The notes beneath the pieces were generated by a model. The model was given only the letters and a program-made list of their open reading frames with translations, was not told where the DNA came from and did not search any database. A program made the translations under genes and the position numbers. From Proteromonas lacertae (taxonomy: Eukaryota), in contig NGBS01000296.1 of NCBI GenBank assembly GCA_002245135.1, positions 62,001 through 126,000 on the forward strand: a stretch of DNA of 64,000 nucleotides, read 5' to 3'. Positions 21,582-35,613 of the stretch are shown in pieces (the first letter of the stretch is position 1; each line of letters opens with the position of its first letter).

Positions 21582-23443
21582 ATGTATACAGGAGGTTTAG
21601 GCATGCCAACACAACCTACTATTGATCAAAATATGATAAATAAAGTATATTCACAACCATTTAATTATTTCAGGTTGTAAAACACTTAAATATTATTAAA
21701 GACTACTCTCCAGCCATATTTGGTAAAGCTTGCACTACTTTATTATCGGTATTAAATCTGAAATAATATATTTACTAGAAGTTCAATGATGCAGTTAGTA
21801 AGCGTACTTACTCTCTTATTGTAAGTATAAAATCGGAGACAGAAAATTTAGTATAGTTTTTAATATTGTTTGAATAATAGATGAGTTCATTAGAAAAAGC
21901 CAGAATATTAGGTCATAGTTATAGTTGTACTAAAGTTCAATGTAATGTACCTTTTTGTAATGAAGTTAAGAAATATTTAATCCATATAAAAGCATGTAAT
22001 AAAGACAACTGTCCTCAATGTGCCATAATGAAGAAAGCTAAAACAATTCATCTTCAATTATGTAGTGATATTAATTGTGAGATAAAAGAATGTAAAGATG
22101 TATCATATATAATTTATAATTTATTAGTATAGAGAGCATATTCTCCAGATATTACGAGGAAAAGAAGATAATTCATTTAAGAATTACTTCAGTCACAATC
22201 AAACTTGTGTTGTTGATAGATGCCACTTTCCATTTTGCAGAAAAATAAAAGAAATTCGTAAAGCAATTACCAATAACAATAATATGTTATATGATCCAAT
22301 AGCAGAAGCTCCACCACTTAATATTGACAGTAATAACAATAATGATAATGATAATAAACTGACAATACCTATGAATAATAATAATAATAATATAATGAAT
22401 GCAAACTCTATGGCAAAAGCTCCAAATCCTTATCAATATCCATCTCAAAGATTGTATGGTAATTTATCAACAGCATCATCATCTTCTTCTTCATTAGCAG
22501 CTGCTTCAATACCTCATAATAATATGATGTATAATAATAGTAACAACAGCCTTCAACAACAACAACAATTACCATCATCAGCTATTGCATCATCATCATC
22601 ATCTTCATCTCAGAAGATGTATAATAATAATAATAACCAACCAATGTATAGATATACACCCAATCAAAGACAACCTTATACTCTACAACAACAACAACAA
22701 CAACAAGCACAACCAAACACAAGATTATTTCCAAGTGGAATGAATATGAATATGAATAATAACGATATGTATCCTCCACAAAAGAGAAAGAAGTTGAATG
22801 CATTTGATATGAATAATTTAGCTAGTGCAAAACAGATTAATGAAGATAAAGACTCAAGAAAGAAAATGAGTATTTTTATTGAGCAAGAATTAGTAAAGTA
22901 TATATATAATATTTGTTATTAATATTATTTAGTACAATTTCTTCGATAATTCCAAAAAATATGTTGATTTGTACTTGTCAAATTCATGATACACATGTAT
23001 ATTTATTAATTGGTTTATTTACTGTAAATAGTATGGATGTGAAGATAGTAGAAAGTTCATTAATTCTTTAATATTATTAGCAAAAGAATATTTGAAAAGA
23101 ATAATTGCTTCTTATGTAGAGATTAAACAAACAAAATCGCAAATTGAAAGTAAGAATTATTCAGTTATAAAAACAATACAAAAATGTCATAATCAATCAT
23201 TAGAGTTGAATACTCTAGAACATAATAAATTGAATAAACATCTTGATGGTGTAAGATGTATATATTTGATTTTTATATTTTTTATTAGTTTATGAATACA
23301 GTGGAGGTGATAGTTATGAAGTAATGACAAAGATAAATGATAGAAAAAGTGATTTAGTTGATTTATATGAAGCAATAGTTGATATTCTATCTGATAGTGA
23401 GAAGAAAAAACATAGTAAGACTATAATGAAGTATTTTTCTTAA
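21582..23443 (+). CDS. TAZ zinc-finger protein with Q/N/S-rich linker (multi-exon)
   Basis: Repeated H-x3-C-x4-C-x2/4-C knuckles (HSYSCTKVQCNVPFC, HIKACNKDNCPQC, HLQLCSDINCEIKEC, HNQTCVVDRCHFPFC); several ~30-nt introns; 3' end approximate. Confidence 0.7.
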
Positions 23444-23550
23444 TTCTACTAGTATAATGTATTATATATGTGATTTTGTTTTTTGGAGCAATAATAGTAA
23501 TAATATTCGTTTCAAATCTGTTATTTTTCTCTTTTTGAAATACAATAAGT

Positions 23551-25441
23551 ATGGGTAGTACTACTTCTATATATTCTAAAAAAGTAATTCCCGATGATTA
23601 TGAAGTATAACTAATATTTCATATTATAGATTGTTTCAACAATTGAATCTAATCAGCATAGAATAACATATCAAGCAAGAAAAAAGGTTGAAGATGAGTA
23701 TCTAATAGCTAAAATTATCATAAAGAAGAGCTATAATGAGAGAGATCTGAATTTATTTATACAAAGACTGAATGAAATAGATAATGGTTTCAATAATCCA
23801 AATTTAGTAAAATACGATGATTTAATAAATGAAGGAGAGTATCTAATACTAATTAGACCAGAATACAATAATGTCCTAGAGACACTCTCAAACACTGAAT
23901 TAGTGAAGTATTTCATATTAAATGGAAGTAAAAAACTGTTAACAACCATTTGTGGTGTATTGAAGGAATTTCACAGTAATAACTACTATTATGGAGGAAT
24001 AAAACTAAGTAATATCTTACTCTATTACAATACAGGTGATTACTTAATATCTGACCATTCAATGAAATATTTAGATGAAAATACTCCAATCACTTTTGAA
24101 TCAGTGAATTATATATCTCCTGAGGAGATAGAAGGTAGAGAATTAACAATATCAATTGATATTTGGTCGTTGGGAATATTATTATATAAAATAAAAAGAG
24201 GAAATTATCCTTTTGAATCAAAGACATTGTTTAAAACAGAGTGTAATATTTTAAGAGGTGAATTTCAATTAATAAGAAATGTGGAAGAAGATAATGTAAA
24301 AATGAATCAATTAATATGCAATATGTTAATAAATGATTCAAATAAAAGAGTAACAGTTGATGAAATATTAGATCAACTTGATAATAGTAATGAATATAGT
24401 AATAATAACAAATACATTTCACCAATTCAGAGACAACCACCGCCGCCACAACAACAACAACATTCTCATCATGAAGAAGAAAAACAATTTCAACAACAAC
24501 AATACCAACAACAGCCAGAATCATATAGAAGACAATCACAATTATCTCAACAACAACAACAACAACAACAACAATTTGAAGAACAATATCATCATTCTCC
24601 ACAATCACAAGAACAAATACAACAATTATATGATAGATTAGAAATAGAAGATGAACTGCTAATAAATAATAATTATAATAGAAGAAATTCTGAATTACGA
24701 CAAGCATTATTATCTCCTATTCGATCTCCAATGAAATCACCTCAACCAGCTCCACCACCAGTTGTACAGATTAATAATGAAAGAAGGCAATCACAGTATT
24801 ATGAAGATAACAAAGAATATTCAAAGTTTATTTCTCCAATCAATGCACATCAGAAACAACAGAATTATCAACAACAACATGAAGATGAAGATGATGAAAT
24901 GAATAACAATAACTACTCAAAGTCTAATAATCAAAAATATTGCTATTTTACTGAAGATTATAAAAGCAGTGGTATAAGAATATCAAACAATGGTCAAACT
25001 ATCAAGAACAATAAATATGGAGATTATTCTCATTGTTTTTTAAATGTAAAAATGGAAGATGGAACTCATCATTTCATATTCAAAACACATGGAGATATAA
25101 GTGCCTTTTATTTCGGTGGGAGTACTGACAATAGATATAGAGGAAGTAAATTATATAATGAATCTTCATCTTGTTCAATTAGTCTAGGAAACGGTGGAGG
25201 ATCATATTTATTTGGTGGAAATGGAGATAAAATGAAGAGAGAAGATTTCAAAGATATTTTACCAATAAAGAATGGTAAGTATGAAATGATTTTTAACATT
25301 ACTTTGCGTACCATGAGTATAAGACAAGAAAATGGTAATGATATACTTTTATTTGCAAATATTGATGTTCCTTTATACCCTTTTATTGTTATTTATGATG
25401 AATTTAATTTTGTGGATTTAATTAAATACTTTAAAGATTAA
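23551..25441 (+). CDS. Probable pseudokinase + Q-rich linker + SPRY-like domain, possibly myristoylated
   Basis: Starts MGSTTS, one intron near 23605; kinase C-lobe YISPE, DIWSLG; HRD replaced by YGG and DFG by DHS; C-terminal IFNITLRTMSI...LYPFIVI. Confidence 0.7.
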
Positions 25442-25592
25442 ATTAATATTTAATTTGTAATTTTTGTTTATTTAAATGAAATGAAAGTTTAGTCTGTCAA
25501 TTTATTATTTCATACACGGAAATAAATTGTATAACATATTATGAAACGAATATATTTTTCTTAACAATTGTAGAGTTTTTTTCGATAACTGG

Positions 25593-28500
25593 ATGATGAA
25601 TAAAACTGTTTGTTATATTCCAGTATTTTATATACATCATATTTCTTTTATTCGTTAGATCTACGAAATATACTCCAGTTATTGTGTATATTCTTTCTAC
25701 ATTCTTAGAAATACAAAACCATTTCCCAATATGATAGAAAAGTATTGTATAAAATAGAAAATGACGAAAAAAACATGAAAGTTGTTAAAACTATAAATGT
25801 TTTAAATGTGAAAGAAGAGATAATCAAATCATATGTATGATATGTATGATATACAGTTTAGATTCAATCTATTCATTTATTCAATAGCTTAAATGTAAAC
25901 AACCAAATTAACTACATTGTTATGATAAATGGATATATAATTGAAGAATCTCCCTATTATTCCAATAAATCAATAAGTGAGATTGAAATACAAACACTAG
26001 ATGCAGTAAAAGTGATTATACTTCAGGTAATAAATCAGCTAAATATCTTACACAAATTAGGTTATATACATAAGAGAATCAAACCAAATAATATCTTAAT
26101 AACAGATTCAAGTGAATATATATTAAGTGATTGTTGTGATAATATATTCAATGGAATTGAATCTAATAATATTAGTGGTTATTTCTATCAAAGTCCAGAA
26201 TCATTAAAAGGTAAAATAATCACTAAAAAAAGTGATATATATAGCATAGGATGTATATTATACTATTTAATAACAGGAGAACATCCTATACATCCATTAA
26301 AGAAGAATATAGAGCTTGAAAAAGAAATAATATCAATGTTAAATGAAGATGAAAGAAAAAGGCCAACTTGTGAAGTTATAATGAATATTTTATTCAATAA
26401 TAACAAAAATATGAAATATAGTAATGTATTATATAGAGTTTCATTAATGAACGAATGTGATATTAAGGATGAGGAGCTTGAAGACATAATAGGAAATGAT
26501 ATAAGTATAATAATAATAGTTCTATATTCATAGATAAATTCAATTCTTTAATTAGAGATTCAGACAAGAATGAGAATTATATAATGTATTATTTACCTCA
26601 TTTAATAAGGTTATGTTGGAAGAATCCTAATATCATAGATTATATCCACGAAGCTAAGAATTATGAAGATTATGGAGTATTAGATAGTATAAAGAAACCT
26701 TACATCCTGAATATAAAAGGAATTAGTCAGATAATGATGGAAAAATGTAAAGATAGATTAAAAGAAATAAAAGTACTTAATTTTGGTTTATGTAAATATG
26801 AATCTTTAAACAATTTTGTTTCTGCATTTCGTAATTTAGAGAGATTGAATGCTTCTAATTCAAGAAATGAGTTTGATGAGAAGATCATGAAGATAGTAAA
26901 ATATCTACCAAATCTAACTTCATTCAAATACTCGTTTAATGGAGTTTATGATAAAGACTTTTACGTCCTCTGTTACGATTTACCAATTATGAATAAGTTG
27001 GAAGAAATTGTTATGTCTAGTATATATATATATTATTTGTTTAATGAAATAGATAATTATTTAACAACAAAATCTGTCAAAATACTGAATCATTATTTGT
27101 ACAAGTTTCCTAACCTAAAATATATTGACTTACATGGGAATAAAATCAAATCAAAAGGAGTGAAGATATTGTTATATCTTTATAAAAGAAATCCGTCATT
27201 TGATTTTACAGTTACAAGTATATTATTAGATAGTTATAGTGTATAGTTCTAAACAGTAAAGTATTTGATTTATTGCTTGATAATGAATATGTATTTAAAA
27301 AGAAGGGTATGATTCATCATTGGAATAATATATGTGACTATGCTTTAAAGCTATTGAGACACAAGAATAAGAAAATATTTAGTTTAGTCTATTCATTCTA
27401 TTGTCTGAGTGATGAATGTTGTGATAAAGTATGTGATTGTTTAGATGATACAGAGAAAAGTCTGTTTAATGAAGTAGATGAAGAAGATTCTTATTATTTA
27501 AGAATGTATTATCTTAAAATAATGAGAATCAAAAGTATATAATATTACATATTGTTTTATTGTATATAGGTATTTATCTGAATCAGAAACAAAAAGAGTA
27601 TATGCTATATGCATTTGAGCATTGTCCATCGATAAAATGTGTTGTATTAGAAAGAAATGAACTTGATGATGATTTTTATATTGAAATGCTTAACAATATT
27701 ACACATTTGAGAAACTTAGAAGTATTGGTAATGAAAAGTATATCTTATTGTTTGTTATGGTGAATTATAGGTGATGATATTAGTAATAAAACAGGCTTTC
27801 AGCTTATTGAAGTTTTACCATCATTTCCATCTCTCAAAGTGTTAGATATTTCTGATACTTTCATCAGTGAACTTTGTTTATCAAAACTGATAACTTTATT
27901 GCCAAAAATGAAAGAGTTAGAATGTATTAAGATTGGTGGAACTCCTCTATCAGATAGTTTTATAGAATCATTTATAGAGACTATTAAGAAAGCAAGAATT
28001 TTAAGTGATATTTATATTGATAGTATTTTTGTCTCAACTATTATTATTCTAGATTGTTCGTTGAATGAAAAAGCAAACAATGTGTTATTGAAAGGATTAT
28101 GCAAAGAAATAATAAGAAGTTTGTCTATTTCCTGTATGAATATTAACATTTTACTTCTATATTAAATAGATAATAATTTCACTGATGCTAACTGTATAAT
28201 GCTTTCTGATTTGCTTAATTCATCCAAATATCTTACATACTTAAACTTAGAAGGGAATAAAATTACTGAAGTAGGATGTTCAATATTATTTGAAAATGTT
28301 AAAAACAATATTCCTCTAGAAGTGATTAACTTGAAAAGTATTGTTTTTTTTTAAATAATTCTTTACTTTTATAGACAACCAAATCAATGAAACAGGGGTA
28401 AGCATGATGTTTAAACTTGCTAGACGCAATTTGCATGAAGAAAAGAATATGTATTTTAGTGGAAATCCATTTATAATATCAAGGGATGTATTGAGAGATC

Positions 28501-31500
28501 AGCTTGGTGCTGATGATCCAGATTTAGTATTATTAGACATAGGCGATTTGCATGACTTCATTCAAGACGTGAACAATATGTCAGATCGTCAAATGAATGT
28601 TATTGCTAAAAGCTTTTGTATATATTCAATTATTTCTATTTTAATGATTGCTGTTAGATTTTCTTAACAAATTGTTGGGCATGTTTAAGAATAATGAAGA
28701 TGATTTGAATTACTTATCGTTTATTCATATGCTGATATGTAAAGGAAAAAGGAATTTAACAAAACAGTATATATTGGAGAATATAAAGTCAATGAAATCA
28801 GAATACAAGATGATACAAGGATTTAGGAGATTTAATTGTTTAGAATATGATAATTTATTGTCAGGTGATATAGATTATCTAATTAATAATCTTCATTTTA
28901 TGGAAAATACAAAGAGATTAATATTAAGAAACAATAATGTAAATGATATTAATAAGTATAAAGACTTGATAAAGAGTATTAGTAGTTTTACAAACCTTGA
29001 GGTATTAGAAATAACAAGAAGTAATGTGAATGATGAAATAATGGATTGTATAAGCAATGAATTTTCAAACTTCACAAATTCACTTAAATCATTGAATTTA
29101 TCAGATAATTTAATAACAGAACAATCAACAACCGAATTGAGAGATTCAATTCATTTATTGCCACTTTTAGAAGAATTGAATCTAAATAGTATTTATTATT
29201 ATATATTATGTAATTTAGATAATAATCTCAATTCAAAAGGTATTAATAATGTATTGAATGGATTATATGCAATGCAAAATCTCAAAGCATTAACATTGCA
29301 AAATACTGGTTTGGTCGATCAAAACTGTAGATTGCTATTTCAAATAGTAAATCATCTGTCTAATCTTAAAAGTTTGGATATTTCTTGTATATACATATTA
29401 TATTTATGTTGAATAGATAACTGTATTACCTACAAAGGTGTTGGATATATGGAGAATGTAATTCAAGTCAATTATTCATTAACATCGTTTGATATTAGAA
29501 ATAATCTACTTGATTCAGATTCAATATTGTTGGTGAAGGATATTTGTTCGCAATATTTTACTCTTTTAGGAGAATGCTTTATTGTTAATGATATATCTGA
29601 AGATGATATTATAGTCTATGAAAATGAAAAGAAAGTATTTAACCAAAAACAAATATACACAATTATAAAAGATAAAAGTATATTTTCTGTTTATTATCAT
29701 TGTTTATTAGATCTTATTCACTTCATTATCGAAAAATGTAGAGATAACAAAGAGAATAACTATTATTTACAACTACTGATAGATATAATATCTTCAAAGC
29801 ATTGTAATGGAGAATTGAAGGATGAAATGGCTGATAATTTTGATGAGAATGATAAAACATACAAATTATTATATGGAATATATTCACAATGCTCTTATAA
29901 ATACAATAGTATTACTTTTCTGCTATTTATTCTTGCTATAGATTGTTTGGAAGATATTACTGATTCAGATTTAATATTCATTCTAAACAAGCTAAAAATG
30001 GCAAAGAGAATAGATCATCTGTCAATGAACAGTATATAACAACAATTATTCTATCTTTATAGACTTTTGCATTACACAGGATATACTGAAATTAATAGGA
30101 GAAGTATTTGATTATCATGGTGAATTATTGAGTGTTGATATTAGTAATAACAAAATGGGTAATAAAATGATGTGGAGTTTTATTGAGTTATTAAGATCTC
30201 TTCCAAGATTAGAATCATTGAATATATCCAATAATCCAATCACTCAAGAGTTTTTTTCAATAACAAAAAACGACTTTAAAGATCTAAGATATTTAATTTC
30301 TTTGAAAATCAACAATGTTGAGTTGAATGAGAAAGGTAATAATGATCTAATATGTCTTATAAAGGAGATGAAAGATTTAAAAGAAATAGATTTACATGAC
30401 ACTGGTTTTAACGATAGTAATTGCTTGAGATTATCAGAAATATCAGATAATCTTTTGTTAATTGAAATAATCAATTTAAAGAATAATAAAATAACTATAG
30501 AAGGTTATTATTATTTGTTTAACAAATTCAGAAGTAGCAAATGTGAAATTTATTTGAGTGGTAATACAGTGAATAGAGTAAATGAAGAATTATATAATAT
30601 GATTATAGAATATGATAAGAATTATGTCGATTTACAGACAATAATAGAATTAAGTAATGATATTGATAAACTACGAAGAGAAATGGTAAGAGTAATAGAA
30701 GAAAGTGAAAGTTTGTTTAGTGGTATGATGATACTATATAAAGATGGTGAATTAATAAAAAAAGACAATCTGTTTGCTGTTGTTTTGAGAATATTATTAT
30801 CATCTAGTAAATTCTATTTTCTAAAAGAGAATATACTTAGTTATTTCAAGGAAGATGAAAAAGAGTACAAAATGATAAAAGGAGTTGTTGATAAATCAAG
30901 TTTTAGTTATGATGGTATTTACTATAGTTTATGTTATTTATAGATGAAAGTGGTTTGAATGAAGAAGATATTCTCTTTTTCATTCATTACATTCCATATA
31001 TTGTAGAAATTAAATCCATTCAAATCGTTAGTATATATATATTGAAATTATATTATTCTCAATTTGTAATAGACTGTAATATAAGTGATTCATTTTTTGT
31101 TTCACTTTTGCATAATTTGAAAAATCATTCAGAGTTAGAGATATTGATAATGAACAATAACAGTATTGGAAATAAGGGAATGAATGAATTGATATGTAAT
31201 TTTCGCTATTTAAAGAATCTAAAAAAACTATACATTGGAGAAAATCAATTCACATATGATGGTATAAAGAAATTCAAAGATAATACAATATTTTTGAAGA
31301 ATCTAGAAGAATTAGTTCTTTATAGTATATTTATAGTATATCTATTAACATATAGATAATAACATTGGTATGAAAGGTGTTAATGAGATTATTAATTCCT
31401 TGCATTTTAATGAAAAAATGAAACTTCTATCAATCAGTGGGTGTGGAATTGAATTGTCAAATAAGAAAATACAATCTAAGTTATTAAAACTTAATTATGA

Positions 31501-31516
31501 AGTAATTAGTTTTTAA
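25593..31516 (+). CDS. Kinase-like domain + several blocks of RI-class (28-aa) leucine-rich repeats, many short introns
   Basis: IHKRIKPNNIL, YQSPE, SDIYSIG; many LxxLxLxxNxI repeats; ORF fragments join through GT-AG introns; TAA 31514-31516; 5' end approximate. Confidence 0.75.
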
Positions 31517-31790
31517 AGTAATATTATATTTTACATAGCTTTACTTTTAACAACCAAAAATACAATATATTCTATTAATGATGGTAATTTATCATAATAT
31601 TATAGTTTCTTCTATCTTTCTTATACCATACAAAATTTATCAATATTAATTTCATTTCATCTATAAATCAGTGCAACATTACACATTATCTTTATTTATC
31701 AGTTTTATATACTATTATCTCACTTTTATCTCATGAATAAGGAGTTTTATTATTTAAAAATATTTATCCGTTTCATCATTTCATTAATCA

Positions 31791-32852
31791 ATGTTTTCTC
31801 ATCCTATAAAGATGTATATTTAATGAAAATAATATGAATAGTATAAAATACAGAAAAATAATGAATATTGGGAATATGAAAATGAAAAGACGTTTATTTT
31901 CCTCATTTAACAACCCTGAATATGTAAAGCTAGAGATATATCGTGATTTTGTAAAACCTGTAGTATTTACAGGAACTGTATGTAGTGTGAGTTTTATTGG
32001 AGCAGTGATATACAAAGAAGAGAAATATAGACATATTGAAAAATACTCCAAAGAAAAGGGATTATCGTATATAATATATGATGAAATATATAAATGATAA
32101 ATATAAAAGTAAAAATTCAAAATCAATATTTGTAAACTTTTGGCATTGTTTATCTAATGGACTTCGAATAACAATACCATTTTTAGGTATTAATTTACTT
32201 GTGTTTATCAAGAATCGTTACTTTACTCCATTATACTATCCTACTAAAAGTCCTATAATAGGAATGTTAGTATGTAAATTTGTATTTGACATATTTATTA
32301 GATTTCGTCATTTTCACACTTTAATTTGTGGGATATTGCATTTAACATGATTATCTTAATTTTGTATTTTCCATTGTTGAGTGTATATCCTTATTCTATA
32401 TTTCTATTATAGCATAATAAAGATTTTGAGAAAGAAGAATTAACAGCATTTTATATTTCTGGTTGTACAATTAGTGGATTAATAAGTCACTTTTTGAAAT
32501 TAGTTCAAGTTTTGGAGCTGCTGGTGGTGTATTTGCATTATTTGGTTTTTCGTTCTTCCATAGTTTTTATGTGGATGGTGATAAATTCTACAGTATATTT
32601 ACAAAATGTTATTGTTATATTCTAATAGAATATCTGTTAATATTATTGTTTGGTTTATACTCTGTCATATATTTTACTCCTGCAGATGTGGCAGACACTA
32701 CTCTTAATCTTGGAGGATTAATCACTGGTTGGCTATACTATCATTATCAATATATAATTTGGGATGATTGGAGATGTAATCTTATAAAGATATATCATAA
32801 ATATCGTCCAATAGAAGAAGATATAAAAGATGAATCAGAAAATAGAATATAA
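31791..32852 (+). CDS. Mitochondrial (PARL/Pcp1-like) rhomboid, apparently catalytically dead; frameshift in a T-run at 32491-32495
   Basis: Basic presequence-like N-terminus (..KMKRRLFSS), SSFSHFNLWDIAFNM, FGAAGGVFALFG (GxSG site), NLGGLITGW (HxGG site) after splicing four introns. Confidence 0.6.
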
Positions 32853-32902
32853 CATTAAAAGAAAATATTAAATTCACAATTAAATAATTACATAATCTCT
32901 AT

Positions 32903-34508
32903 TCATTCTCTTGGTGTAACATTTTCACTTTTTACTTCTTCATTAACATCTTCTTTAATTACACTTTCTAATTTCATTTCTTTTCTTTCTGTACTATTAT
33001 GTAAATGATTGTTACTCGGAGGTAATATATCACCAACACTCAAATTACCACTTCTTAATATCACAGATTCATTTTCATTTAATTTGTTATCCTGTAGCAT
33101 TTCCTTCATTTTATCATCTAATACATCATATATTCGGAAGCTTCTATTAGTTTCATTCATTTTTGCACTTCTTGTTAGATTCATTCTTGTATTACTTGAT
33201 CTTGATCTATGTAAAGAACTATTAAACAAAGATGATGATGATGATGATGATGATGATGGAATGTGTGGTAAATTATTATTATCATTATTATTCATATTCA
33301 TTACAGTAAATTCATCAAAATTATCTAAAAATACTTTAAAAAATAAACATATATTTTCAAAGTATTTTATATCATCCAAAGAATTCTCACTTCTAATCAA
33401 ACTACCTCCCATCGTCAATATTACACTAATATTTTCACTTCCCATATGATTTATTTCACTATTTTTATTCAATTGATCTAGAAAATTGAATAACAGTTTC
33501 AACAATTCAATTTTGCTTTTACACAGATTATCTAAAATTCTATTCCATAAATCTATAATTTCATTTACTGTATCTATATTATTTCTATCATCTGCTTTTA
33601 TATCAATAATTTCATTAAAATATGTACAAGGAATTAACGGTTCACTTAATTTATTTAAAATCTTCTTCATCACTCCAGTTATGTCATAACTATTATATTT
33701 AATATTTATATCTTTCAATTTCTTCTTTTCAAACAACAACATTTTCATAATTGTATTGATTGTTGTACATTGTCCTGGAATTCTCAATAATCCAACTATC
33801 TTTACATCTCTATTCAAATATTCAAATATCTCTTTTATATATTCTGGTAGATCGTTATGTTGATTGTAATATTTATCTAAATCTATCATATATCTTGATT
33901 CTCTTCTTTCTTCTATTTCTTCTTCTTTTGAATTAGGTGAAACAGCTTGCATCGTTGATGAACAACAACAACTACAATTATTGTTTGAATCATTTAATTC
34001 ATATAACCAGTCTGGGAATTCTAAGTTAAATAATGGAAATAAATTAGATAAATGATTTGGTGATTGTAAATATATTGTTAATTTTGTTATATTATATTTT
34101 GAACATAGTTGATTCTGTTTGAATTTCCTATTTCTACCTAATATGTACAGATTATGAAGATTTAAGTAATATCTTGAAGGACATATTTCTTTTAGTTCCT
34201 TAATTTTCTCATAAAACAATCTAATCAAATGAATATAAATTTAAAAAATACTGATTCTGTTCATAGTCCACTCCATTACTTATATATATTAAAATGTATG
34301 GAATATTAGTTATTTTATCTAATAAATGAACTACATAAAGCCATATTCTTCTACTAGTATCTACGTCGTCTGGACAAAAGTAGGGAAAGAAAACAACTAC
34401 TGGTAGATCTTTGGAATAACCTACCTGATATATCACACCATATGATAGTAAGTCTGTGAAATCTTCTTTTTCACCTTCTGATAGTAGTTGGTTATAAACA
34501 TCCGACAT
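32903..34508 (-). CDS. CRAL-TRIO/BCH + RhoGAP protein (ARHGAP1/8-like)
   Basis: BCH-like LPVVVF...YILIY; 31-nt intron 34221-34251; RhoGAP GLLRIPG (arginine finger), KKILNKLSEPLIP, NHMGSENISV. Confidence 0.82.
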
Positions 34509-34585
34509 TTTTTAAATCTGGGGAAGTGAGTGAAAATTTTGGAACAGTTTTACATTTCAAAAATATTATCGTTTTGGGGTAATGA

Positions 34586-35613
34586 ATGTCTTTTTCATGT
34601 TTTACAACTGTAATGGATATTGAAAGAATAAAATACTATTTAGATTTGAATATTCAGAGGAAAATAAGTAATAGTGAAGCTGCTGAGAGTGTTGGTCTTT
34701 CGCTGAGACAATTTGGTAGAATAAAAAAAAGATATCAAAACACTGGCGAGATAAACATTAATAGAGGGTGTATAATACCATTTAATGATGATGCAAGCTG
34801 TAATTTTATTTGCAGCGTTGGTATTTAAGGAGAAATCTGAAAGTATTAAAGAAGCATTGAAAAGAGCTATGTGATGAAGTTCATAAGAATTACGAAACTG
34901 TCAGAAAACAAGCAAAGATATTTTCTTATCCAAGCTTATACTACAAGTTAGAATCACACCAATTGGTTGTTCCGTTCAAGAGTAATGAAGAATATTTTGG
35001 CGGAATCACATTTAGTATTGACCAATTGAGTGATAATATCAATGTTGGCTATGAGTCTAATGTAAACGAAGAAAAAATGATAGATGGAAGGTATGATAGT
35101 AATTATAGAGAATTGATTGAATTGATTATCGAAGTAATGAGTCAAACATACTTTAATAACGTAAAAAATAGAACAAAAGAGAAAATAGAGCCAGTTGAAA
35201 AGTTTGAAAGATATTATAGTAACTTCTATACTCATATCAATAAGAGTGTAGAAAAAAAGATGAAAGTTGTATTACACAAATTGTTAGATGATAATAACGA
35301 CAAAATAGAGAATTTAACATTCCCTTCATTAGATTCTCCATTCTCTAATAGTTATTCACCTGAAAATTCAGTTTCACCATTACCTGATGATGATTATTAT
35401 AGTGATAATTACAAATGGTATATTGGTGTTGATAATAGAGATGATGGTTTATTAGATTATACAATCAATCTTACTCCACCACCATCACCAACATTTAAAT
35501 CAAGATCACATTCAAGATCAAGGTCAAGAACACCATTACGATTAAGTGATTTCAATCAAAGAGAAGAAATCATCCCAATTCATCAACTTATGGGTTTTTC
35601 TCCGACGTTATAA
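34586..35613 (+). CDS. Protein with N-terminal transposase-like helix-turn-helix; one intron and a probable frameshift at the A-run 34860-34863
   Basis: EAAESVGLSLRQFGRIKKRYQNTG is an IS/Tc1-type HTH; intron 34770-34815; removing one A joins it to ORF 34963-35613; no DDE domain seen. Confidence 0.45.

Noticed and set aside
22300..24900. (CAA)n, (AAT)n and (TCA)n runs and the antisense V-rich ORFs they generate
   Set aside because: Ordinary poly-Q/N/S coding tracts; the opposite-strand ORFs are shadows.
32491..34863. Programmed frameshifting at T5 (32491) and A4 (34860)
   Set aside because: Single-base homopolymer indels are more simply assembly errors or decay; no stimulatory structure seen.
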